64,000 nt of DNA, from NCBI GenBank assembly GCA_030603665.1, contig JAUVXJ010000003.1, forward strand, positions 85,377-149,376. Reading direction: 5' to 3'. The DNA comes from Chloroflexota bacterium (lineage in GTDB: Bacteria; Chloroflexota; Anaerolineae; UBA7937; B3-Chlor). The notes under the pieces were generated by a model, which saw only the letters and a program-made list of their open reading frames with translations, did no database searches and was not told the origin of the DNA. A program made the translations under genes and the position numbers. Below, piece after piece: positions 7,713-17,043 of the stretch; the first letter of the stretch is position 1, and each line of letters begins with the position of its first letter.

Positions 7713-10078
7713 CTCTGCCCTATCTGGCCGTCGCCTGGCTGAGCGGCATCTACCTCCAGTCGGTGCTGAGCCTGCCGGCCTGGATCCTCTGGCTGGCAAT
7801 CCCTCTGGCGCTGGTCATCATCTTCCTCTGGTGGAATGAATGGCGCGTGCGGCTGGGTACCTCTTGTGCTTTGCTACTCCTCCTCGGCGCCCTCCGCTAC
7901 CAGGCAGCGATGCCCTCCTTCGACTCCAGCAAGCTAGGATACTACAATGGGCTGGGAAAGGTCTCACTGGTAGGGGTGCTAGCCGAGGAGCCAGACGTTC
8001 GAGACCGCTACGTGAACCTCAAGGTGTCAGCCAGTTACTTGGAGATCGAGGCCGAGGAGAGGCAGGTGACGGGCTTGGCGCTGGTCCGCACCGGCCGGCA
8101 TCCATCTTACGCATATGGCGACGAACTACAGATCGAGGGCCGCCTTGAGACGCCCCCTGAGTCGGAGGACTTTTCCTACCGGGACTACCTGGCCCGCCAG
8201 GGCATCCACTCTATGGTCGACTTCGGGCGCATCACCCTGCTCAGCCAGGGTCACGGAGATCCCTTTCACCGCGCCATCTACGCCCTCAAGGGGCACTTTC
8301 AAGAGACCATCGGTCGCCTTTTCCCTGAGCCTTCCGCCTCCTTGCTGTCGGGCATCCTCCTGGGCATAGAAACGGGCATACCTCGCTCGCTGCTGGACGA
8401 CTTCAACGCCACCAGCGCCACCCACATCATCGCCATCTCCGGGTTCAACATCGCCATCGTGGCGGGCGCCATCGGCCTGTTGACCAAGAGGTTCCTGGGC
8501 ATCTACAGGGCGGCTGTGGTCTCCCTGCTGGCCATAACGCTGTACACGATACTGGTGGGCGCCGACGATGCAGTGGTGCGCGCGGCTATTATGGGGTCCA
8601 TCTCCCTGATAGCCATCATCGCCGGACGCCAGACCTTCGCCCTGGCCTCCCTGGCGGCAGCAGCCTTGTTGATGACCCTTTGGAACCCTTTGGTACTCTG
8701 GGACGTGGGCTTCCAGCTCTCCTTTGCAGCAACCCTGGGGCTGGTCCTCCTGGTTGGTCCCATGGAAGAGAGGTTCCGGGACTGGCTCTCCGGCCTGACG
8801 TCCGAAGAGCGAGCCACAGGACTGGTGCGCCTCCTCAGCGGGCCTCTTCTGATCACCTTGGCGGCACAACTGGCGGTGTGGCCCATCACCCTCCATTACT
8901 TTCGCCGTCTCTCTCTGGTATCCCCCGTGACCAACTTCCTCATCATCCCCGCCCAGCCAGGGGTGATGCTGGTGGGCGGTCTGGCCACACTGCTGGGAGC
9001 TATCCATCCTCTCCTGGGGCAACCCGTGGCCTGGGTGGCCTGGGTGTTCGTGGCCTACACCATCGGGGTGGTGGAACTGACGGCGCGTATTCCCCTTGCC
9101 AGCTTCGAGCTGGGCGGCTTCAGCGCCGGAGCTATGTGGCTGTACTATGGGGTCGTCGGCGCCTCAATCCTGGCAGTGAGCCAAGAGAGGGATCGTCTTC
9201 GAGAGATATGGGGGGGATTCACCCAGGGGTTCAGCACCAAGCTTCTCGCGGGCGGGCTGGCGGTTGCGGTCATTCTGGCCTGGATAGCCGCTGCCCAGAT
9301 GCCGGACGGGCGCTTACACGTCCACTTCCTGGACGTAGGTCAAGGTGACGCCATCTTCATCCAGTGCCCCAATGGGCAGCAGATTCTGGTTGACGGCGGC
9401 CCCACCCCTTCCATGCTCCTCTCGCACCTGGGGAGAAGAATGCCCTTCTGGGATCGCAGCCTCGACCTGGTGATTCTGACCCACGCAGAGGTGGACCACG
9501 TTGGCGGCCTCGTCGACATGCTGGAGCGGTACCAGGTGGGTCTGGTGCTGGATTCAGGGCAGGAGTGCACCAATGCGACGTGCGAGAGCTGGAGAGCGCT
9601 CATCGAGGAAAAGGGAATACCCTACCGCAAGGCGGAGGCGGGGATGCAGGTCACAGTGTGTGGCGCCGTACTGCTAGACATCCTCCACCCACCGGCCCCA
9701 CTGATGAGTGGCACGTCATCGGACACCAACAACAACTCGGTGGTGCTGCGCTTGCAGTACGGCCAGTTCTCCGCTCTGCTGACAGGGGACGTGATGGAGG
9801 AGGCAGAGAGGGTGCTTCTCTCATCCGGACAACCCCTCGCCGGCCTGGTGCTCAAAGTGCCACACCACGGCGGGGACACATCGCTGACCACGCCCTTCTT
9901 GGAGGCGATTGGCCCTGAGCTGGCTATCATCTCCGTGGGGGCCGACAACCGCTTCGGACATCCGGACGAGGTCACTCTGGAGAAGCTGCACGGCCTGCCC
10001 GTCCACCGGACCGATCAGCACGGCAACATCGAGCTGGTGACGGACGGCGCGAGATACTGGATCCGGGCCGGCCGCTGA
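7709..10078 (+). CDS. comEC: DNA internalization competence protein ComEC/Rec2 with a C-terminal metallo-beta-lactamase domain
   Basis: 789 aa. N-terminal and central polytopic membrane region, followed by the MBL motifs HVHFLDVGQGDAIFIQ, LVILTHAEVDHVGG and VPHHGG. Confidence 0.85.
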   Translation: MTLPYLAVAWLSGIYLQSVLSLPAWILWLAIPLALVIIFLWWNEWRVRLGTSCALLLLLGALRYQAAMPSFDSSKLGYYNGLGKVSLVGVLAEEPDVRDRYVNLKVSASYLEIEAEERQVTGLALVRTGRHPSYAYGDELQIEGRLETPPESEDFSYRDYLARQGIHSMVDFGRITLLSQGHGDPFHRAIYALKGHFQETIGRLFPEPSASLLSGILLGIETGIPRSLLDDFNATSATHIIAISGFNIAIVAGAIGLLTKRFLGIYRAAVVSLLAITLYTILVGADDAVVRAAIMGSISLIAIIAGRQTFALASLAAAALLMTLWNPLVLWDVGFQLSFAATLGLVLLVGPMEERFRDWLSGLTSEERATGLVRLLSGPLLITLAAQLAVWPITLHYFRRLSLVSPVTNFLIIPAQPGVMLVGGLATLLGAIHPLLGQPVAWVAWVFVAYTIGVVELTARIPLASFELGGFSAGAMWLYYGVVGASILAVSQERDRLREIWGGFTQGFSTKLLAGGLAVAVILAWIAAAQMPDGRLHVHFLDVGQGDAIFIQCPNGQQILVDGGPTPSMLLSHLGRRMPFWDRSLDLVILTHAEVDHVGGLVDMLERYQVGLVLDSGQECTNATCESWRALIEEKGIPYRKAEAGMQVTVCGAVLLDILHPPAPLMSGTSSDTNNNSVVLRLQYGQFSALLTGDVMEEAERVLLSSGQPLAGLVLKVPHHGGDTSLTTPFLEAIGPELAIISVGADNRFGHPDEVTLEKLHGLPVHRTDQHGNIELVTDGARYWIRAGR

Positions 10079-10189
10079 GCTTCCGCCGCGCGCTTCCGGG
10101 TCGGTTGGCTTGGATCCGAAAGGTAACTGTGGTCCGTCATCCAGCCTCACCCCCGCAGCGCTATTCCCTTCGCCTCCCCAACGACCCGC

Positions 10190-10218
10190 TTGACGCCACA
10201 GGTCGCTTCTCGTACAAT
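10190..10218 (+). promoter_or_regulatory. promoter TTGACG-N17-TACAAT with a ~290-nt leader before the next gene
   Basis: Hexamers lie at 10190-10195 and 10213-10218. The downstream CDS starts at 10518. Confidence 0.45.
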
Positions 10219-10517
10219 CACCTAGCGTAATGAGAGAAACGGAATCATGAGAACCTGAACGCATAGCGCACGAAAACAGAGATGCGACGTCATTCCCCGC
10301 ACCGTCCAACCCAAGATTGCGGATGGTAGCGCCAAGGAGGCACTGCCCATGTAGAGACGCGCCTTCCGATGCTCAATAGCTTCAGGCAAGGCGCATTTTC
10401 TTTCTGCGGAACTGGAACCATACTCCACACTAAGACGTACGGAAAGGTGGGACACACACACCGACGACAGTCAGTGTCAACGATACGCGATAACTGCTAG
10501 ATCGAAAGGAGAGAACG

Positions 10518-11048
10518 ATGAGAAGGGTCAGCAAGTCCTGGATGGCCGCGGTGGCGGCCATACTCCTGGTGGGTACTCTGGTCGGTGTGGTCTGGGCCAG
10601 GCCCCATGATAGGCCGCAGGGTGCGGACATCACCCGCAAGGTCACCCTCACGGGTGCTGACTTCAATCCCGCCTTCTACGCTCACCTTTGGGATAACAAC
10701 GGCGAATCGGTGGAGTGCCAAGCCGCCGGCTGCAGCTTCACGGCTCCCGTGGTGTTTCCTTGCTTGCCCTCGGTCACCGTGGAGCGGATCAAGCTCCATG
10801 TGGCCGATAACCACGCGACCGCCCACGCCTCAGCCACGCTGCATCGCACATATCCACCCACAGGGGTTGACGTGTCGCTGGAATATGCTAAGTCCCCCAG
10901 TGGCACCAGCGGAGGTGTCAGGACTTACACCAGCCCCAACATCAACCAGATCGTGTGGCCCAGCCAAAGGGCCTACATCTCCCTGTGGATCAGCGGTACC
11001 AACATACAAGTCCACGGCGTGACGGTGGAGTACCACCGGAACATCTAG
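10518..11048 (+). CDS. secreted hypothetical protein (signal peptide), Cys-containing
   Basis: 176 aa. N-terminus MRRVSKSWMAAVAAILLVGTLVGVVWA is a signal peptide. SD GGAGAG upstream. No family recognised. Confidence 0.5.
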   Translation: MRRVSKSWMAAVAAILLVGTLVGVVWARPHDRPQGADITRKVTLTGADFNPAFYAHLWDNNGESVECQAAGCSFTAPVVFPCLPSVTVERIKLHVADNHATAHASATLHRTYPPTGVDVSLEYAKSPSGTSGGVRTYTSPNINQIVWPSQRAYISLWISGTNIQVHGVTVEYHRNI

Positions 11049-11174
11049 CCAACCGAGGCGCTCTACACAAGAGTAGCACCAGCAGCTCATCGGTCTTGGC
11101 GGTCCGCCTCTTCGTTCCACACGGGCTGACCGTGGGATGATGCTGCGCATTGGTCGCTGCGCCACTCCGCGCGG

Positions 11175-11312
11175 GCCGACAACCGCTTCGGCCATCCAGA
11201 CGAGGTCACTCTGGAGAAGCTGGATGGTCTGCCCGTCTACCGGACCGATCAACAGGGCAACATCGAGCTGGTGACGGACGGCGCGGGATACTGGGTCCAG
11301 ACCGGGCGCTGA
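11175..11312 (+). pseudogene. diverged duplicate of the last 138 nt of comEC (C-terminal fragment, relic)
   Basis: ~90% nt identity to 9941-10078. It encodes ADNRFGHPDEVTLEKLDGLPVYRTDQQGNIELVTDGAGYWVQTGR* versus the ComEC end ...LHGLPVHRTDQHGNIELVTDGARYWIRAGR*. Most differences are nonsynonymous. Confidence 0.6.
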
Positions 11313-11400
11313 GTTCCCACCGCGGAACGCTTTGCGTAGCGAAGATATCACCATGACCATCGTGTTCAACCTGAGAGAATTGTGCACCGGGGGGTAAGCT

Positions 11401-12744
11401 ATGGCACACGTGCAAGGGGCAGATCAGTACTGGAATCCAGTGTTGGAGACTCTGCCCATAGAGAAGCTCTTGGAACTGCAACTGTTGAAGTTCAAGAGGA
11501 TCGTCCAGTGGGCGTACGACAACTCCAAGTTCCATCGGAGGCTCTACCGGGATGCGGGTCTGGAGCCGTGTGATATCAGAACCTGGGAAGATGTCGCGAA
11601 GGTGCCCAAGGTGGAGAAGGCGATGATGAGGGAGATCCAGAGGAAGGATCCCTTTCCCTACGGCGACATGCTCTGCGTCCCTCTGGAACAGGTGACCGAG
11701 TTCCACCAGACGAGCGGCACCACAGGCCAAGCGGTCTATCAGCCCGACACCTGGCAGGACTGGGAATGGTGGTCGGAATCCTGGTCGTACATCATGTACG
11801 CGCAGGGCTTCAGGGACACCGATCGCATCTTCATCCCCTTCGGCTACAACATCTTCGTCGCCTTCTGGGCAGGGCACTACGCTGGCGAGAAGATGGGCTG
11901 TGAAGTGGTGCCCGGCGGGGTGCTAGACACCGAGGCCCGCATTCTCAAGATGCAGGAACTGAAGGCCACGGGCCTGATGGCCACCCCGACGTACGTCTTG
12001 GGCATGGCTGACAAGGCGCGAGCCATGGGCATAGACCCCGCGCAAGACCTCTGCATCAGCAAGATCCTCTGTGCGGGCGAGCCGGGGGCCAGCATTCCCG
12101 CCACCAAGAGGCGGATCGAGGGCGCGTGGGGAGCGAAGGTGTATGACCACGTAGGCGCCACAGAGATCGGCGCCTGGGGCTATGAGTGTACCGCTCAACC
12201 CGGGGGGCTACATGTGAATGAAGCCCTGTTTCTGGTTGAGTTGGAAGACATGGACACCGGCGAGCTGATCACTGAACCGGGCAAGAGAGGCAAGCTGGTG
12301 ATGACCGCCTTCGATAGGCAGGCCCAGCCGTGCATTCGTTTCGATTCCAAGGACGTTGCTGAATGGGCGGACAAGCCATGCCCTTGTGGGCGTAGCTTCC
12401 GCTGGATCAAGGGGGGCGTCGTTGGTCGCGCCGATGATATCACCAAGGTCAAGGGTGTTCTGCTTGCTCCCTCAGCGATAGAGGAAGTGGTGAGGAGCTT
12501 CCCCGAGTTGAGCGACGAGTTCGAGGTAGAGGTGGCCAAGAAGGGCGACCTGGACGACATCACCCTGCGGGTCGAGTTGCTGCCTGAGGACGCCGGCAAC
12601 CGCGAGTCCGTAGAGGCCAGACTGGTCGACCAGCTGCGCCTTAAGACCAATCTGCGCTACAACATCGAGTTTTTTGACTATGGCACCTTGCCGCGGCACA
12701 CCCTCAAGGCCGAGCGGTTCAAGGATCTTCGGGCCAAGCACTAG
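11401..12744 (+). CDS. phenylacetate-CoA ligase family (PaaK-like / coenzyme F390 synthetase-like) adenylating enzyme
   Basis: 447 aa. AMP-binding P-loop TSGTTGQAVY and PaaK-like C-terminal domain. Confidence 0.8.
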   Translation: MAHVQGADQYWNPVLETLPIEKLLELQLLKFKRIVQWAYDNSKFHRRLYRDAGLEPCDIRTWEDVAKVPKVEKAMMREIQRKDPFPYGDMLCVPLEQVTEFHQTSGTTGQAVYQPDTWQDWEWWSESWSYIMYAQGFRDTDRIFIPFGYNIFVAFWAGHYAGEKMGCEVVPGGVLDTEARILKMQELKATGLMATPTYVLGMADKARAMGIDPAQDLCISKILCAGEPGASIPATKRRIEGAWGAKVYDHVGATEIGAWGYECTAQPGGLHVNEALFLVELEDMDTGELITEPGKRGKLVMTAFDRQAQPCIRFDSKDVAEWADKPCPCGRSFRWIKGGVVGRADDITKVKGVLLAPSAIEEVVRSFPELSDEFEVEVAKKGDLDDITLRVELLPEDAGNRESVEARLVDQLRLKTNLRYNIEFFDYGTLPRHTLKAERFKDLRAKH

Positions 12745-12752
12745 GAGGGAGG

Positions 12753-12947
12753 GTGGCCATGAGTGCTCAGACCGATAAGGAGATCCTGCAAGAGATGGAT
12801 CGCAGGATTCAGGCTATCAAGTCGGCAGCCCTGGAGCTGCAAGAACTCTCCGCTGGCGTCCAGGCTGTGTACAGGAACGCTGACCGAATCCTGGCCAGCG
12901 TGAAGATGCTGGAGATCAACGTCTCCGACGTGTTGGATCTGCTGTGA
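12753..12947 (+). CDS. small helical hypothetical protein, likely co-transcribed with the PaaK-like gene
   Basis: 64 aa. Strong SD GGAGGGAGGG lies 8 nt after the PaaK-like stop. Confidence 0.4.
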   Translation: MAMSAQTDKEILQEMDRRIQAIKSAALELQELSAGVQAVYRNADRILASVKMLEINVSDVLDLL

Positions 12948-13013
12948 TGACATGCCCGACGTAGCCACTCAGGGGATCTACCCGTCGCTTCCGCGCTGGT
13001 GGAGGCAACGATG

Positions 13014-14108
13014 TTATCCACTCCCCTTCTCGTCCAGGATGCACCCGTGCAGTTCGGCAAAGGTCTCTGGCGGCACGATATCAGTTCGGCGCTTGAGTCG
13101 CGCTGCATCGCTGGCACAGGGGATCGCGCACAGCCCGCAACCGATGCACACTTCCTCATCCACAGTGGGAAACTCGTCACCCATGACCAGCGCATCCACC
13201 GGGCAGGCTTCGACGCAGTCACCACAGCCGGCACACGCCTCCTCGTCAGTGGTGCGCAAGAAGTAGGTGGCCATGATGTCATCGCGCGACAATCGACGCC
13301 GAGCGATAGGACCCACGTTCCAACAGGCATGCTCACAACAGTTGCAGGTATGCTTGATTCCCTCCCGCGAGTTGTCAACCATGTGCACCAGACCACTCTC
13401 TTCAGCCAGACGGACAACGCCCAGTGCTTCATCAACGTCGATCTGGCGAGCCATGCCCCTTTCGATGACATACTCGGCCAACTCATCGTACTTCATGCAC
13501 ACTTCCAGTGGATGGTCGCAGACGGCCTTGCCCAGCAATTGAGCGGTCATGCGGCAGGAGCAGTGTGCCACTGCGATGGTGCGCGCCCGGCGGATCACCA
13601 CTTCCATCGCCTCATACGGATACACAGCCTGGAAGGGTCCTTTGACGGCCTGCTTGATGGGGATGTAGCGAAATGCTTTGGTCTCGCTGCCGTACGTCTC
13701 CTTGATCTCCGGCGAACGGAAATACTTGACCACACGCGCGGCCATGTCTTCAGAATGGTCCGTTCGCTCGCCCTTCCAGAAGAAGGCCTGGGGAAAGCCA
13801 TAACCCACCTGCTGGAGCGCGTAGCCCGTGTGCCCGTCGTCGGTGGGGCCAGAGAAGAGCAGCCCCCGTCTGGCTAGCTGATCCAGAGCGTGATCCACTT
13901 CCTCACGCGGTCGGCCCATGGTAGCGGCGACCTCCCCCGCCGTGGACAGTTCCAGCGGAATGCGCGTGTTGGGCACTCCGAGGGCCACCTCCGCCTCAGC
14001 CTCGCTGAAGTTGGCCCGCAAGATGCCCACCAATTCCTCCCTCAGCGGGTAGCCCATACCCAGCGCGTGCAAGTGGTGAGCCAGTTTGGTGTAAGGGTCA
14101 GAAGGCAT
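13014..14108 (-). CDS. 4Fe-4S dicluster domain protein (Cys-rich Fe-S protein)
   Basis: 364 aa with several Cys clusters: CSCRMT...CDHPLEVC, CNCCEHAC, CAGCGDCVEACP and CIGCGLCAIPC. Confidence 0.55.
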   Translation of the reverse strand: MPSDPYTKLAHHLHALGMGYPLREELVGILRANFSEAEAEVALGVPNTRIPLELSTAGEVAATMGRPREEVDHALDQLARRGLLFSGPTDDGHTGYALQQVGYGFPQAFFWKGERTDHSEDMAARVVKYFRSPEIKETYGSETKAFRYIPIKQAVKGPFQAVYPYEAMEVVIRRARTIAVAHCSCRMTAQLLGKAVCDHPLEVCMKYDELAEYVIERGMARQIDVDEALGVVRLAEESGLVHMVDNSREGIKHTCNCCEHACWNVGPIARRRLSRDDIMATYFLRTTDEEACAGCGDCVEACPVDALVMGDEFPTVDEEVCIGCGLCAIPCASDAARLKRRTDIVPPETFAELHGCILDEKGSG

Positions 14109-14170
14109 TTCACCTCATCCTACTACACAGACTTAGGCGCCGCCATCCTTTCTTTGACTGGAAGCATCTT

Positions 14171-14235
14171 CAGGAATTGTCCAGCTTTGCGCCTCAGCTG
14201 TCAAGCCGAACGGTGTTCCCAGTCGTCAACTCGCC
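14171..14235. repeat. 65-bp element, copy 1 (second copy at 15354-15418)
   Basis: caggaattgtccagctttgcgcctcagctgtcaagccgaacggtgttcccagtcgtcaactcgcc is ~94% identical to the second copy. Confidence 0.7.
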
Positions 14236-14244
14236 TTTTTCCCA

Positions 14245-14668
14245 CCTTTTCCTTGCGGGAAGTGTGCTCGTTGTGATGGGCGCCCTCGCCCCTGTCGATT
14301 CGCGGGTCCTACTCTAGCGGAGCCATGGCCGCGACGGCGGGCAGGAAGAGCTGTTCATACAGTGTATCATGCTCATCTGGCGTGGAGACCAGGTACACAA
14401 AGTAGGCCTTGTCGCCATCTTCTGCCATCGCGAGGTCGGCCGCATTCCCCCCCGGTCTTTCAAACGAGTAGAAATCCCACGTGAAGTTGCCGACTTGCGC
14501 ACCACTGACCGGGTCCGGCGGCGGATCCAATCCCAGTTGCCCCATTATGGCGGCAAACAGCTCGGCAGCCGCACCCTGACTCGCCTCCAGGACGAAGTAG
14601 GTCGGGTCAAGCGCAGAACTGGCGCGCGCGAGATTTGCTGGCGCAAATTCCTCCCAGCCCACAGCGAC
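14245..14668 (-). pseudogene. duplicated 3'-terminal segment of the S33 hydrolase gene (C-terminal 117 codons plus ~65 nt downstream), ~97% identical to 16981-17404
   Basis: ORF 14309-14662 encodes ...GWEEFAPANLARASSALDPTYFVLEAS...LFLPAVAAMAPLE. This is nearly identical to the C-terminus of the 17044-19020 protein, and nucleotide homology extends past the stop codon. Confidence 0.7.
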
Positions 14669-14973
14669 TCTGGAGCCCCTAGGGCCCGTACTGGCACCCT
14701 AAGGGACGATGGCTCACTAAGGACACATCGGGCGATCTTTGCTTGCGTTCTGTAGAGGAAGCGCCTGACGTGTCTACCTTTCCGAGCATGCGGCTACCGG
14801 GATACTAGGCGTGTGAAGCGCCACTGGCCCGACGTTTTGTCGGGCCAGTGGTTCCCCTCGCACTCAGGTCAACAGTCGTGTTTACTGCTGTTGGCCTTTG
14901 TGGTGCACCATCTCTCCATGCAGACAGAAGATCCTGATTGCTCCTTGTCTTCTTTCCGTTCGGGTTATCCTTC

Positions 14974-15141
14974 TTAGTCGGACTTTATGAACGCGACAGC
15001 CGCCCCGCCAATGAACCAGATGCCAAGCATGAGGACCACAGCCACTGTCGGGGTGTAGGCATCGGTCATGAAGCCGACGAGTCCCGCGACGAGTCCGAGG
15101 GCGAATATCAGGCCACCAGCCGCTCTTTTGTTCAATTCCAC
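14974..15141 (-). CDS. small membrane protein (2 TM), hypothetical
   Basis: GTG start preceded by GGAAGGAGG. It encodes VELNKRAAGGLIFALGLVAGLVGFMTDAYTPTVAVVLMLGIWFIGGAAVAFIKSD. Confidence 0.3.
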   Translation of the reverse strand: MELNKRAAGGLIFALGLVAGLVGFMTDAYTPTVAVVLMLGIWFIGGAAVAFIKSD

Positions 15142-15353
15142 CGGTTTTTGCCTCCTTCCCATGAGAAGATTCGCTTTTCAGAGTAGTCCTTTTGTGTTCG
15201 TATCTGCCTGCACGGGTGACCACTCGGGCGAGGGGCTTTCATCGAAAAGACGCCTCAGAGCTCATGCGCCCTGACATGCTGGTATGAGGCGGAAAAGGAC
15301 TGTTCTTACCGAGGAGGCCTCGTAGCTGCGACCTCCTCTGCCGCGGACAGCTG

Positions 15354-15418
15354 CAGGCATTGTCCAGCTTTGCGCCTCAGCTGTCAAGCCGAACGGGGTT
15401 CCCAGTCATCAACTCGCC
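15354..15418. repeat. 65-bp element, copy 2
   Basis: See the copy at 14171-14235. Confidence 0.7.
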
Positions 15419-15427
15419 TTCTTCCTA

Positions 15428-15590
15428 CCTTATCCTTGCGGGAAGCGTGCGCGTTGTGATGCACACCCTTTCCCTTGTCGATTCTCGGGGCCTACTCAAG
15501 CGGCACCAGCGCATCCACGGCGGGTAGAAGGACCGCCTCACATAGCGCGTCGCGCGCATCAGGTGGCTCCTCGGCGTTAAGTAGACAGAA
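15428..15590 (-). pseudogene. second, more diverged copy of the hydrolase gene 3' end
   Basis: cttatccttgcgggaagcgtgcgcgttgtgatgcacaccc...cctactcaagcggcaccagcgcatccacggcggg aligns to 16981-17100 at ~75% identity. The ORF 15492-15686 ends in ...LPAVDALVPLE. Confidence 0.5.
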
Positions 15591-15829
15591 CTGAGCACAA
15601 CGCTCGGCTCTGCCGCTACAGCACAGAGGAGGGCACCAGTCAAACAAAAAAGCCGACCACAATCGGCCAGCTTCTTGGACTTTCAATTATTGGGAGGCTC
15701 TTTAGGTGGTGGTTCGGTGGTCCCGTTCGCAACGAATGGGCACCAGCGTACCGCCATCGATGTTTGACTGGGAGGTGCCCGTGCTGTTCAAGCGCCGCGC
15801 GGCGGTGTGCGAGAAACTACTGCAAGAGA

Positions 15830-16920
15830 TACCGGATTGACTTAAGTTGATGGTCTTACCCACTTTGCAGACAATGGGATTTCTATGTCAATATTCCCTT
15901 CCGCTTGTTCTATGATCCGATTCTATATGTAGCATATTCCAAGTTTCACGAAGAAAAATGGACAAGCATAGAATACTAAAAGAAGATCAATTCTCAGGTC
16001 TATCTAGCCAGTATTTGAAGGCTATTAAGCCGACTAATGCTCCTGGAATACCGATAATGATTAATAACCACCCGATCATTTGGAGGTACGAATATACCCA
16101 GTAGGTATAAGGTTGACTGCCAAAAGGGGCATAGTAATTACCGTCAAGAGCAATATAGATACAATACGCTATAAATAGAAAGGGTCCAGCCCCGCCGCCT
16201 GCATTTCTTGTCTTATGATCCTTCTTTTCTCGCTCGTTAAACCACCTCTTTTCGTCAGCTGGCAATCGATGCCACCACAAATACCCTCCTAAACCAAAGA
16301 ATATTCCTCCAGGCAACCCAACAAACAACAACTCCCATAGAATCAGCTGCAAGAAGAAGCCTACAATCCAATACAAGCTCCATTGATCGAACGTCGCGGT
16401 ACCATGATTTCCAATAGGAGAGGTTTGGATATGCCAAATCAACACGATAACCGCCACAATGCACAGAACGATTGCAGCAGCTATCGCGAGAATAAATGCT
16501 TTCCAATGCTCTTTGATTCTCCCCTTCCAGTTTGTCTCAACACCATCTTCTTGGTCTTTTTCCATAGTTCCTTAACACCCCTCTTTCTGCTTGATTCTGT
16601 TCTTACATTTCAATACAGATGAGTGGTTTTGTCAACTGCTGCAGTGAACCAATTCCAGGATTTCATTTCGGGTATTCTAGCACCTTTCAACAGAAGCCAC
16701 AACGCAAGCAGTATTTCCGCAATACCGGCAACCGCGGCACCCGGGGAAGTTATCGCTTTGAAGTAAGGAGTTACGTAACTTCGCAGGAAATCCCTTGTAT
16801 TCGATGACACCTAGTTCTTTAGAGAACAGGCAAATCGTCAGTGCCAAACCGTCCCTCTACAAGTTTGCCATTTACTATGCGATAGATGTCAACAGCCATA
16901 TTTGTCATCTTCTTGCCAGT
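15830..16920. other. low-GC (~40%) inserted segment, probably horizontally acquired, carrying one intact membrane-protein gene and gene remnants
   Basis: There is a sharp drop in GC relative to the ~60% flanks. The segment lies between hydrolase 3'-end copies. Confidence 0.45.
15987..16565 (-). CDS. hypothetical polytopic membrane protein (Trp/Tyr-rich), low-GC gene
   Basis: 192 aa with 4-5 hydrophobic helices. AT-rich codon usage is atypical for the window. Confidence 0.45.
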   Translation of the reverse strand: MEKDQEDGVETNWKGRIKEHWKAFILAIAAAIVLCIVAVIVLIWHIQTSPIGNHGTATFDQWSLYWIVGFFLQLILWELLFVGLPGGIFFGLGGYLWWHRLPADEKRWFNEREKKDHKTRNAGGGAGPFLFIAYCIYIALDGNYYAPFGSQPYTYWVYSYLQMIGWLLIIIGIPGALVGLIAFKYWLDRPEN

Positions 16921-17016
16921 AGGGGCTAGTCCATGAAATTCGCCTGCATGGGTCCCCGTATAGGTAGGGCGAACCCACACCTTATCCTTGCGTGAAGCGT
17001 GCGCGTTGTCATGCAC
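16819..17016 (-). pseudogene. C-terminal fragment of a SnoaL-like/ester-cyclase-type protein
   Basis: ...YTGTHAGEFHGLAPTGKKMTNMAVDIYRIVNGKLVEG matches the conserved C-terminal HTGEFMGIxPTGKKVxxxGIDIFRIENGKI block of that family. Only ~65 codons remain. Confidence 0.35.
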
Positions 17017-17043
17017 GCCCTCGCCCCTGTCGATTCGCGGGCC

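Noticed and set aside
8126-9022. 298-aa minus-strand ORF (plus several shorter ones) inside comEC
   Set aside because: It is antisense to a well-supported ComEC coding region. Long antisense ORFs are expected in high-GC DNA. It has no SD and no recognisable domains.
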